The notes under the pieces: model-generated
Databases searched by the model: none
What the model saw: the letters and a program-made list of their open reading frames with translations, nothing else
What the model was told of the DNA's origin: nothing
NCBI GenBank assembly: GCA_964057225.1
Contig: OZ059895.1
Coordinates: 744,001-808,000, forward strand
Source of the DNA: Auanema rhodensis
Lineage: Eukaryota > Animalia > Nematoda
Length of the DNA stretch: 64,000 bases
Direction: 5' to 3'
Position numbers and translations under genes: made by a program
In this document: piece by piece, positions 12,701-23,200 of the stretch
How positions within the stretch are numbered: position 1 is the first letter of the stretch
Layout: every line of letters begins with the position of its first letter

Positions 12701-15700
12701 AATGATGCATTAGTGTATGTTGAGTTTCCATGTACACTCAACATTGCTTCCAAAAACATTTTGACAAAAATTTTTTCGAAACATTTCAAAATAATTTAGC
12801 AAAAAGTAGATGTTTTTAGATTCCTTTTTTCAAGGCAAAGACGATGGACAATGTTATTCAACGAAAAAATTAATTCTTCAGGGAGAAAATCGAGGATATA
12901 AGTGTGAACTTATATCAGTTGATATCTCGGTGCATTTTTAAGCTAGCGCAAATCTGATAACACAAATCGACGCAGCTTAAAAATCCGCATCGAATGCACT
13001 ATACTACATTGAGAAACGCTTAATACAAAAATTAGTTATGATCGTTTGAAAAATGATGCATTAGTGTATGTTGAGTTTCCATGTACACTCAACATTGCTT
13101 CCAAAAACATTTTGACAAAAATTTTTTCGAAAAATTTCAAAATAATTTAGCAAAAAGTAGATGTTTTTAGATTTCATTTTTCAAGGCAAAGACGATAGAC
13201 AATGTTATTCAACGAAAAAACTAATTCTTCAGGGTGAAAATCGAGGATATAAGTGTGAACTTATATCAGTTGATATCTCGGTGCATTTTTAAGCTAGCGC
13301 AAATCTGATAACACAGATCGACGCAGCTTAAAAATCCGCATCGAATGCACTATACTACATTGAGAAACGCTTAATACAAAAATTAGTTATGATCGTTTGA
13401 AAAATGATGCATTAGTGTATGTTGAGTTTCCATGTACACTCAACATTGCTTCCAAAAACATTTTGACAAAAATTTTTTTGAAAAATTTCAAAATAATTTA
13501 GCAAAAAGTAGATGTTTTTAGATCCCATTTTTCAAAGCAAAGACGATGGACAATGTTATTCAACGAAAAAATTAATTCTTCAGGGTGAAAATCGAGGATA
13601 TAAGTGTGAACTTATATCAGTTGATATCTCGGTGCATTTTTAAGTTAGCGCAAATCTGATAACACAGATCGACGCAGCTTAAAAATTCGGATCGAATGCA
13701 CTATACTACATTGAGAAACGCTTAATACAAAAATTAGTTATGATCGTTTGAAAAATGATGCATTAGTGTATGTTGAGTTTCCATGTACACTCAACATTGC
13801 TTCCAAAAACATTTTGACAAAAATTTTTTCGAAAAATTTCAAAATAATTTAGCAAAAAGTAGATGTTTTTAGATTCCATTTTTTAAGGCAAAGACAATGG
13901 ACAATGTTATTCAACGAAAAAAATGATTCTTCAGGGTGAAAATCGAGGATATAAGTGTGAACTTATATCAGTTGATATCTCGGTGCATTTTTAAGCTAGC
14001 GTAAATATGATAACACAGATCGACGCAGCTTAAAAATCCGCATCGAATGCACTATACTACATTGAGAAACGCTTAATACAAAAATTTGTTATGATCGTTT
14101 GAAAAATGATGCATTAGTGTATATTGAGTTTCCATGTACACTCAACATTGCTTCCAAAAACATTTTGACAAAAATTTTTTCGAAACATTTCAAATTAATT
14201 TAGCAAAAAGTAGATGTTTTTAGATTCCTTTTTTCAAGGCAAAGACGATGGACAATGTTATTCAACGAAAAAATTAATTCTTCAGGGTAAAAATCGAGGA
14301 TATAAGTGTGAACTTATATCAGTTGATATCTCGGTGCATTTTTAAGCTAGCGCAAATCTGATAACACAAATCGACGCAGCTTAAAAATCCGCATCGAATG
14401 CACTATACTACATTGAGAAACGCTTAATACAAAAATTAGTTATGATCGTTTGAAAAATGATGCATTAGTGTATGTTGAGTTTCCATGTACACTCAACATT
14501 GCTTCCAAAAACATTTTGACAAAAATTTTTTCGAAAAATTTCAAAATAATTTAGCAAAAAGTAGATGTTTTTAGATTTCATTTTTCAAGGCAAAGACGAT
14601 AGACAATGTTATTCAACGAAAAAATTAATTCTTCAGGGTGAAAATCGAGGATATAAGTGTGAACTTATATCAGTTGATATCTCGGTGCATTTTTAAGCTA
14701 GCGCAAATCTGATAACACAAATCGACGCAGCTTAAAAATCCGCATCGAATGCACTATACTACATTGAGAAACGCTTAATACAAAAATTAGTTATGATCGT
14801 TTGAAAAATGATGCATTAGTGTATGTTGAGTTTCCATGTACACTCAACATTGCTTCCAAAAACATTTTGACAAAAATTTTTTCGAAACATTTCAAAATAA
14901 TTTAGCAAAAAGTAGATGTTTTTAGATTCCTTTTTTTGAGGCAAAGACGATGGACAATGTTATTCAACGAAAAAATTAATTCTTCAGGGTGAAAATCGAG
15001 GATATAAGTGTGAACTTATATCAGTTGATATCTCGGTGCATTTTTAAGTTAGCGCAAATCTGATAACACAAATCGACGCAGCTTAAAAATCCGCATCGAA
15101 TGCACTATACTACATTGAGAAACGCTTAATACAATAATTAGTTATGATCGTTTGAAAAATGATGCAATAGTGTATGTTGAGTTTCCATGTACACTCAACA
15201 TTGCTTCCAAAAACATTTTGACAAAAATTTTTTCAAAACATTTCAAAATAATTTAGCAAAAAGTAGAAGTTTTTAGATTCCTTTTTTCAAGGCAAAGACG
15301 ATGGACAATGTTATTCAACGAAAAAATTAATTCTTCAGGGAGAAAATCGAGGATATAAGTGTGAACTTATATCAGTTGATATCTCGGTGCATTTTTAACA
15401 TAGCGCAAATCTGATAACACAAATCGACGCAGCTCAAAAATCCGCATCGAATGCACTATACTACATTGAGAAACGCTTAATACAAAAATTAGTTATGATC
15501 GTTTGAAAAATGATGCATTAGTGTATGTTGAGTTTCCATGTACACTCAACATTGCTTCCAAAAACATTTTGACAAAAATTTTTTCGAAAAATTTCAAAAT
15601 AATTTAGCAAAAAGTAGATGTTTTTAGATTCCTTTTTTTGAGGCAAAGACGATGGACAATGTTATTCAACGAAAAAATTAATTCTTCAGGGTGAAAATTG

Positions 15701-16498
15701 AGGATATAAGTGTGAACTTATATCAGTTGATATCTCGGTGCATTTTTAAGTTAGCGCAAATCTGATAACATAGATCGACGCAGCTTAAAAATCCGCATCG
15801 AATGCACTATACTACATTGAGAAACGCTTAATACAAAAATTAGTTATGATCGTTTGAAAAATGATGCATTAGTGTATGTTGAGTTTCCATGTACACTCAA
15901 CATTGCTTCCAAAAACATTTTGACAAAAATTTTTTCGAAACATTTCAAAATAATTTAGCAAAAAGTAGATGTTTTTAGATTCCTTTTTTTGAGGCAAAGA
16001 CGATGGACAATGTTATTCAACGAAAAAATTAATTCTTCAGGGTGAAAATCGAGGATATAAGTGTGAACTTATATCAGTTGATATCTCGGTGCATTTTTAA
16101 GTTAGCGCAAATCTGATAACACAAATCGACGCAGCTTAAAAATCCGCATCGAATGCACTATACTACATTGAGAAACGCTTAATACAAAAATTAGTTATGA
16201 TCGTTTGAAAAATGATGCAATAGTGTATGTTGAGTTTCCATGTACACTCAACATTGCTTCCAAAAACATTTTGACAAAAATTTTTTCGAAAAATTTCAAA
16301 ATAATTTAGCAAAAAGTAGATGTTTTTAGATTTCATTTTTCAAGGCAAAGACGATAGACAATGTTATTCAACGAAAAAATTAATTCTTCAGGGTGAAAAT
16401 CGAGGATATAAGTGTGAACTTATATCAGTTGATATCTCGGTGCATTTTTAAGCTAGCGCAAATCTGATAACACAGATCGACGCAGCTCAAAAATCCGC

Positions 16499-18955
16499 AT
16501 CGAATGCACTATACTACATTGAGAAACGCTTAATACAAAAATTAGTTATGATCGTTTGAAAAATGATGCATTAGTGTATGTTGAGTTTCCATGTACACTC
16601 AACATTGCTTCCAAAAACATTTTGACAAAAATTTTTTCGAAAAATTTCAAAATAATTTAGCAAAAAGTAGATGTTTTTAGATTCCTTTTTTTGAGGCAAA
16701 GACGATGGACAATGTTATTCAACGAAAAAATTAATTCTTCAGGGTGAAAATTGAGGATATAAGTGTGAACTTATATCAGTTGATATCTCGGTGCATTTTT
16801 AAGTTAGCGCAAATCTGATAACAAAGATCGACGCAGCTTAAAAATCCGCATCGAATGCACTATACTACATTGAGAAACGCTTAATACAAAAATTAGTTAT
16901 GATCGTTTGAAAAATGATGCATTAGTGTATGTTGAGTTTCCATGTACACTCAACATTGCTTCCAAAAACATTTTGACAAAAATTTTTTCGAAACATTTCA
17001 AAATAATTTAGCAAAAAGTAGATGTTTTTAGATTCCTTTTTTTGAGGCAAAGACGATGGACAATGTTATTCAACGAAAAAATTAATTCTTCAGGGTGAAA
17101 ATCGAGGATATAAGTGTGAACTTATATCAGTTGATATCTCGGTGCATTTTTAAGTTAGCGCAAATCTGATAACACAAATCGACGCAGCTTAAAAATCCGC
17201 ATCGAATGCACTATACTACATTGAGAAACGCTTAATACAAAAATTAGTTATGATCGTTTGAAAAATGATGCAATAGTGTATGTTGAGTTTCCATGTACAC
17301 TCAACATTGCTTCCAAAAACATTTTGACAAAAATTTTTTCGAAAAATTTCAAAATAATTTAGCAAAAAGTAGATGTTTTTAGATTTCATTTTTCAAGGCA
17401 AAGACGATAGACAATGTTATTCAACGAAAAAATTAATTCTTCAGGGTGAAAATCGAGGATATAAGTGTGAACTTATATCAGTTGATATCTCGGTGCATTT
17501 TTAAGCTAGCGCAAATCTGATAACACAGATCGACGCAGCTTAAAAATTCGCATCGAATGCACTATACTACATTGAGAAACGCTTAATACAAAAATTTGTT
17601 ATGATCGTTTGAAAAATGATGCATTAGTGTATGTTGAGTTTCCATGTACACTCAACATTGCTTCCAAAAACATTTTGACAAAAATTTTTTCGAAACATTT
17701 CAAAATAATTTAGCAAAAAGTAGATGTTTTTAGATTCCTTTTTTCAAGGCAAAGACGATGGACAATGTTATTCAACGAAAAAATTAATTCTTCAGGGAGA
17801 AAATCGAGGATATAAGTGTGAACTTATATCAGTTGATATCTCGGTGCATTTTTAAGCTAGCGCAAATCTGATAACACAAATCGACGCAGCTTAAAAATCC
17901 GCATCGAATGCACTATACTACATTGAGAAACGCTTAATACAAAAATTAGTTATGATCGTTTGAAAAATGATGCATTAGTGTATGTTGAGTTTCCATGTAC
18001 ACTCAACATTGCTTCCAAAAACATTTTGACAAAAATTTTTTCGAAAAATTTCAAGATAATTTAGCAAAAAGTAGATGTTTTTAGATTTCATTTTTCAAGG
18101 CAAAGACGATAGACAATGTTATTCAACGAAAAAACTAATTCTTCAGGGTGAAAATCGAGGATATAAGTGTGAACTTATATCAGTTGATATCTCGGTGCAT
18201 TTTTAAGCTAGCGCAAATCTGATAACACAGATCGACGCAGCTTAAAAATCCGCATCGAATGCACTATACTTCATTGAGAAACGCTTAATACAAAAATTAG
18301 TTATGATCGTTTGAAAAATGATGCATTAGTGTATGTTGAGTTTCCATGTACACTCAACATTGCTTCCAAAAACATTTTGACAAAAATTTTTTTGAAAAAT
18401 TTCAAAATAATTTAGCAAAAAGTAGATGTTTTTAGATCCCATTTTTTAAAACAAAGACGATGGACAATGTTATTCAACGAAAAAATTAATTCTTCAGGGT
18501 GAAAATCGAAGATATAAGTGTGAACTTATATCAGTTGATATCTCGGTGCATTTTTAAGTTAGCGCAAATCTGATAACACAAATCGACGCAGCTTAAAAAT
18601 CCGCATCGAATGCACTATACTACATTGAGAAACGCTTAATACAAAAATTAGTTATGATCGTTTGAAAAATGATGCAATAGTGTATGTTGAGTTTCCATGT
18701 ACACTCAACATTGCTTCCAAAAACATTTTGACAAAAATTTTTTCGAAACATTTCAAAATAATTTAGCAAAAAGTAGAAGTTTTTAGATTCCTTTTTTCAA
18801 GGCAAAGACGATGGACAATGTTATTCAACGAAAAAATTAATTCTTCAGGGAGAAAATCGAGGATATAAGTGTGAACTTATATCAGTTGATATCTCGGTGC
18901 ATTTTTAATCTAGCGCAAATCTGATAACGCAAATCGACGCAGCTCAAAAATCCGC
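16499..18955. repeat. 7-monomer higher-order repeat unit A-B-C-D-E-F-G (2457 bp), first complete copy
   Basis: The same ordered series of diagnostic monomers recurs starting at 23049, 27610, 34276 and 44098. Partial versions occur at 40590 (lacking E) and 55680 (B-G). Confidence 0.85.
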
Positions 18956-18971
18956 ATCGAATGCACTATAC

Positions 18972-18973
18972 TA
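18972..18973. other. TA target-site duplication (second copy at 20259-20260)
   Basis: The empty site in other monomers is CACTATAC-TA-CATTGAG. Here it reads CACTATAC-TA-[element]-TA-CATTGAG. Confidence 0.97.
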
Positions 18974-19003
18974 TTAGGTTGGTCGGAAAGTAATGTCGTT
19001 TTT
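18974..19003 (+). repeat. Mariner terminal inverted repeat (3' end of element)
   Basis: TTAGGTTGGTCGGAAAGTAATGTCGTTTTT, the exact reverse complement of 20229-20258; resembles the Hsmar1 TIR (TTAGGTTGGT...AAGTAAT). Confidence 0.97.
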
Positions 19004-19049
19004 CATGCTATCTTTTCAATTTGTTATAACTTTTGCTAAAATCAACTTT

Positions 19050-19055
19050 TTTATT
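19050..19055 (-). promoter_or_regulatory. Putative polyadenylation signal AATAAA overlapping the transposase stop codon
   Basis: The minus strand reads GAA TAA AAA, so AATAAA overlaps the TAA. The AT-rich context makes a chance match possible. Confidence 0.5.
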
Positions 19056-20073
19056 CAAAATAAGAACCAGCAGCATCAATACAACTTTTCCAACGATTAT
19101 ATAACTTATAAATACCATTATAATAAAAATCATGAGAACGAGAGCTGACGAATTCTTCAAACGCTGTTATCGCATCTTCTCGTGTTCTAAATCGTTTCCC
19201 AGTCAAGAAGTGATCTAAGTGTTTAAAAAAATGATAATCAGTGGGGGAAAGGTCTGGTGAATATGGAGGATGAGGTAGAGTCTCATAGTTCAATTCTCCT
19301 AGTTTTTCTATTGTCTTCCTTCCTATATGTGGCCTCGCGTTGTCGTGAAGTAAAATTGGTCCTTTTCTATTGACTAATCCTGGCTGTTTCTCCAATAATT
19401 TCTGATGCATTATTTCAATTTCAGCTGCGTAGGTTTCAGAAGTGATTGTTTCTCCCGAGTTCAGAAATCTATAGTGAATTAAACCTGAGCTTGTCCACCA
19501 AACTGTTATCATGATCTTCTTCTGAGTGATGCTCGGCTTTGCGAACTGTTTCGGAGCTTCTGTACGATCAAGCCATTGTGCCTGTCTTCTTCTGTTGTCG
19601 TAAATGATCCATTTCTCATCACAGGTTACGATCCGGTCCAAAAAAGATTCGGCATCACATCTTGAAACCAGTGAAAAAGCCACTTCCAATCTTCGATTTT
19701 TCTGAGCATCGTTTAATTCATGTGGAACCCACTTGTCAAGCTTTTTCACTTTTCCAATGTGTCTCAAATGCTCTAACACTGTTGTGTGAGATATACCTAG
19801 ATCTTCTGCTAGACTTCTGGTGGAACTGCATGGGTCTGCTTCTACCAAGTTTTTCAGAACTTGTGCATCAACGGCAGCAGGTCGTCCAGATCGATCGTCA
19901 TCTTCCAAGCTCTCGTTTCCTTCTTTAAAATTCTTGAACCATCTCTGCACCATACGTACAGAACAAGTCCTTTCGCCGAAGGCAACGTTGATTCTTTCAG
20001 CTGCTTCAACAGCTTTACGTCCTAGTTTGAATTCATACAAAAAAATTGCTCTTAAATCCCTCTTCTCCAGCAT
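19051..20073 (-). CDS. Mariner transposase, 340 aa, DD34D
   Basis: Uninterrupted ATG-TAA ORF with an N-terminal bipartite HTH region and SGRP motif, the WVPHEL linker, TCDEKW, HDNARPH and YSPDLSPTD. There are 34 residues between the second and third catalytic Asp. Strongly resembles the Hsmar1 transposase as recalled (no alignment run). Confidence 0.98.
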   Translation of the reverse strand: MLEKRDLRAIFLYEFKLGRKAVEAAERINVAFGERTCSVRMVQRWFKNFKEGNESLEDDDRSGRPAAVDAQVLKNLVEADPCSSTRSLAEDLGISHTTVLEHLRHIGKVKKLDKWVPHELNDAQKNRRLEVAFSLVSRCDAESFLDRIVTCDEKWIIYDNRRRQAQWLDRTEAPKQFAKPSITQKKIMITVWWTSSGLIHYRFLNSGETITSETYAAEIEIMHQKLLEKQPGLVNRKGPILLHDNARPHIGRKTIEKLGELNYETLPHPPYSPDLSPTDYHFFKHLDHFLTGKRFRTREDAITAFEEFVSSRSHDFYYNGIYKLYNRWKSCIDAAGSYFE

Positions 20074-20228
20074 GATTTCAAAAAGCTATAAAAAAACTCA
20101 GAATTAATCTACTGTTCAGAAAAGTATAAATAAGAATTAATAACATATAATAATACTTATTATTATTATTTTTTCCTTTATATACTGATTCATGTGTTCA
20201 TAATTTTTTTTGATCGAATACAATCGAA

Positions 20229-20258
20229 AAAAACGACATTACTTTCCGACCAACCTAA
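20229..20258 (-). repeat. Mariner terminal inverted repeat (5' end of element)
   Basis: AAAAACGACATTACTTTCCGACCAACCTAA, a 30/30 match to the other end. Confidence 0.97.
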
Positions 20259-23200
20259 TACATTGAGAAACGCTTAATACAAAAATTAGTTATGATCGTT
20301 TGAAAAATGATGCATTAGTGTATGTTGAGTTTCCATGTACACTCAACATTGCTTCCAAAAACATTTTGACAAAAATTTTTTCGAAAAATTTCAAAATAAT
20401 TTAGCAAAAAGTAGATGTTTTTAGATTCCTTTTTTTGAGGCAAAGACGATGGACAATGTTATTCAACGAAAAAATTAATTCTTCAGGGTGAAAATTGAGG
20501 ATATAAGTGTGAACTTATATCAGTTGATATCTCGGTGCATTTTTAAGTTAGCGCAAATCTGATAACAAAGATCGACGCAGCTTAAAAATCCGCATCGAAT
20601 GCACTATACTACATTGAGAAACGCTTAATACAAAAATTAGTTATGATCGTTTGAAAAATGATGCATTAGTGTATGTTGAGTTTCCATGTACACTCAACAT
20701 TGCTTCCAAAAACATTTTGACAAAAATTTTTTCGAAACATTTCAAAATAATTTAGCAAAAAGTAGATGTTTTTAGATTCCTTTTTTTGAGGCAAAGACGA
20801 TGGACAATGTTATTCAACGAAAAAATTAATTCTTCAGGGTGAAAATCGAGGATATAAGTGTGAACTTATATCAGTTGATATCTCGGTGCATTTTTAAGTT
20901 AGCGCAAATCTGATAACACAAATCGACGCAGCTTAAAAATCCGCATCGAATGCACTATACTACATTGAGAAACGCTTAATACAAAAATTAGTTATGATCG
21001 TTTGAAAAATGATGCAATAGTGTATGTTGAGTTTCCATGTACACTCAACATTGCTTCCAAAAACATTTTGACAAAAATTTTTTCGAAAAATTTCAAAATA
21101 ATTTAGCAAAAAGTAGATGTTTTTAGATTTCATTTTTCAAGGCAAAGACGATAGACAATGTTATTCAACGAAAAAATTAATTCTTCAGGGTGAAAATCGA
21201 GGATATAAGTGTGAACTTATATCAGTTGATATCTCGGTGCATTTTTAAGCTAGCGCAAATCTGATAACACAGATCGACGCAGCTTAAAAATCCGCATCGA
21301 ATGCACTATACTACATTGAGAAACGCTTAATACAAAAATTTGTTATGATCGTTTGAAAAATGATGCATTAGTGTATGTTGAGTTTCCATGTACACTCAAC
21401 ATTGCTTCCAAAAACATTTTGACAAAAATTTTTTCGAAACATTTCAAAATAATTTAGCAAAAAGTAGATGTTTTTAGATTCCTTTTTTTAAGGCAAAGAC
21501 GATGGACAATGTTATTCAACGAAAAAATTAATTCTTCAGGGAGAAAATCGAGGATATAAGTGTGAACTTATATCAGTTGATATCTCGGTGCATTTTTAAG
21601 CTAGCGCAAATCTGATAACACAAATCGACGCAGCTCAAAAATCCGCATCGAATGCACTATACTACATTGAGAAACGCTTAATACAAAAATTAGTTATGAT
21701 CGTTTGAAAAATGATGCATTAGTGTATGTTGAGTTTCCATGTACACTCAACATTGCTTCCAAAAACATTTTGACAAAATTTTTTCGAAAAATTTCAAAAT
21801 AATTTAGCAAAAAGTAGATGTTTTTAGATTCCTTTTCTTGAGGCAAAGACGATGGACAATGTTATTCAACGAAAAAATTAATTCTTCAGGGTGAAAATTG
21901 AGGATATAAGTGTGAACTTATATCAGTTGATATCTCGGTGCATTTTTAAGTTAGCGCAAATCTGATAACAAAGATCGACGCAGCTTAAAAATCCGCATCG
22001 AATGCACTATACTACATTGAGAAACGCTTAATACAAAAATTAGTTATGATCGTTTGAAAAATGATGCATTAGTGTATGTTGAGTTTCCATGTACACTCAA
22101 CATTGCTTCCAAAAACATTTTGACAAAAATTTTTTCGAAACATTTCAAAATAATTTAGCAAAAAGTAGATGTTTTTAGATTCCTTTTTTTGAGGCAAAGA
22201 CGATGGACAATGTTATTCAACGAAAAAATTAATTCTTCAGGGTGAAAATCGAGGATATAAGTGTGAACTTATATCAGTTGATATCTCGGTGCATTTTTAA
22301 GTTAGCGCAAATCTGATAACACAAATCGACGCAGCTTAAAAATCCGCATCGAATGCACTATACTACATTGAGAAACGCTTAATACAAAAATTAGTTATGA
22401 TCGTTTGAAAAATGATGCAATAGTGTATGTTGAGTTTCCATGTACACTCAACATTGCTTCCAAAAACATTTTGACAAAAATTTTTTCGAAAAATTTCAAA
22501 ATAATTTAGCAAAAAGTAGATGTTTTTAGATTTCATTTTTCAAGGCAAAGACGATAGACAATGTTATTCAACGAAAAAATTAATTCTTCAGGGTGAAAAT
22601 CGAGGATATAAGTGTGAACTTATATCAGTTGATATCTCGGTGCATTTTTAAGCTAGCGCAAATCTGATAACACAGATCGACGCAGCTTAAAAATCCGCAT
22701 CGAATGCACTATACTACATTGAGAAACGCTTAATACAAAAATTAGTTATGATCGTTTGAAAAATGATGCATTAGTGTATGTTGAGTTTCCATGTACACTC
22801 AACATTGCTTCCAAAAACATTTTGACAAAATTTTTTCGAAAAATTTCAAAATAATTTAGCAAAAAGTAGATGTTTTTAGATTCCTTTTTTTGAGGCAAAG
22901 ACGATGGACAATGTTATTCAACGAAAAAATTAATTCTTCAGGGTGAAAATCGAGGATATAAGTGTGAACTTATATCAGTTGATATCTCGGTGCATTTTTA
23001 AGCTAGCGCAAATCTGATAACACAGATCGACGCAGCTTAAAAATCCGCATCGAATGCACTATACTACATTGAGAAACGCTTAATACAAAAATTAGTTATG
23101 ATCGTTTGAAAAATGATGCATTAGTGTATGTTGAGTTTCCATGTACACTCAACATTGCTTCCAAAAACATTTTGACAAAATTTTTTCGAAAAATTTCAAA

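Larger units (their letters stand above)
1..18973. repeat. 351-bp tandem satellite array, left part (54 full monomers plus the first 18 bp of monomer 55)
   Basis: The anchor ATCGAATGCACTATACTAC recurs at 2, 353, 704 ... 18956 (=2+54x351), so there is no net indel across 54 units. Copies differ at only a few substitution sites and all share one orientation. Confidence 0.99.
18974..20258 (-). mobile_element. Full-length mariner DNA transposon (Tc1/mariner, cecropia/Hsmar1-like subfamily), 1285 bp
   Basis: Perfect 30-bp TIRs, a flanking TA duplication (18972-18973 and 20259-20260) where all other monomers have a single TA, one transposase ORF, and the ~1.3-kb length typical of mariners. Confidence 0.98.

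Noticed and set aside
19051-20073. SETMAR or a domesticated transposase gene
   Set aside because: No SET-domain exons nearby, the third catalytic residue is D, and both TIRs plus the TSD are present, so it is a free transposon.
19662-20107. Plus-strand ORFs of 88 and 95 aa
   Set aside because: Antisense shadows of the transposase with no recognisable motifs.
20157-20170. Short (TTA)n run in the mariner 5' UTR
   Set aside because: Only about four units in AT-rich sequence; unremarkable.
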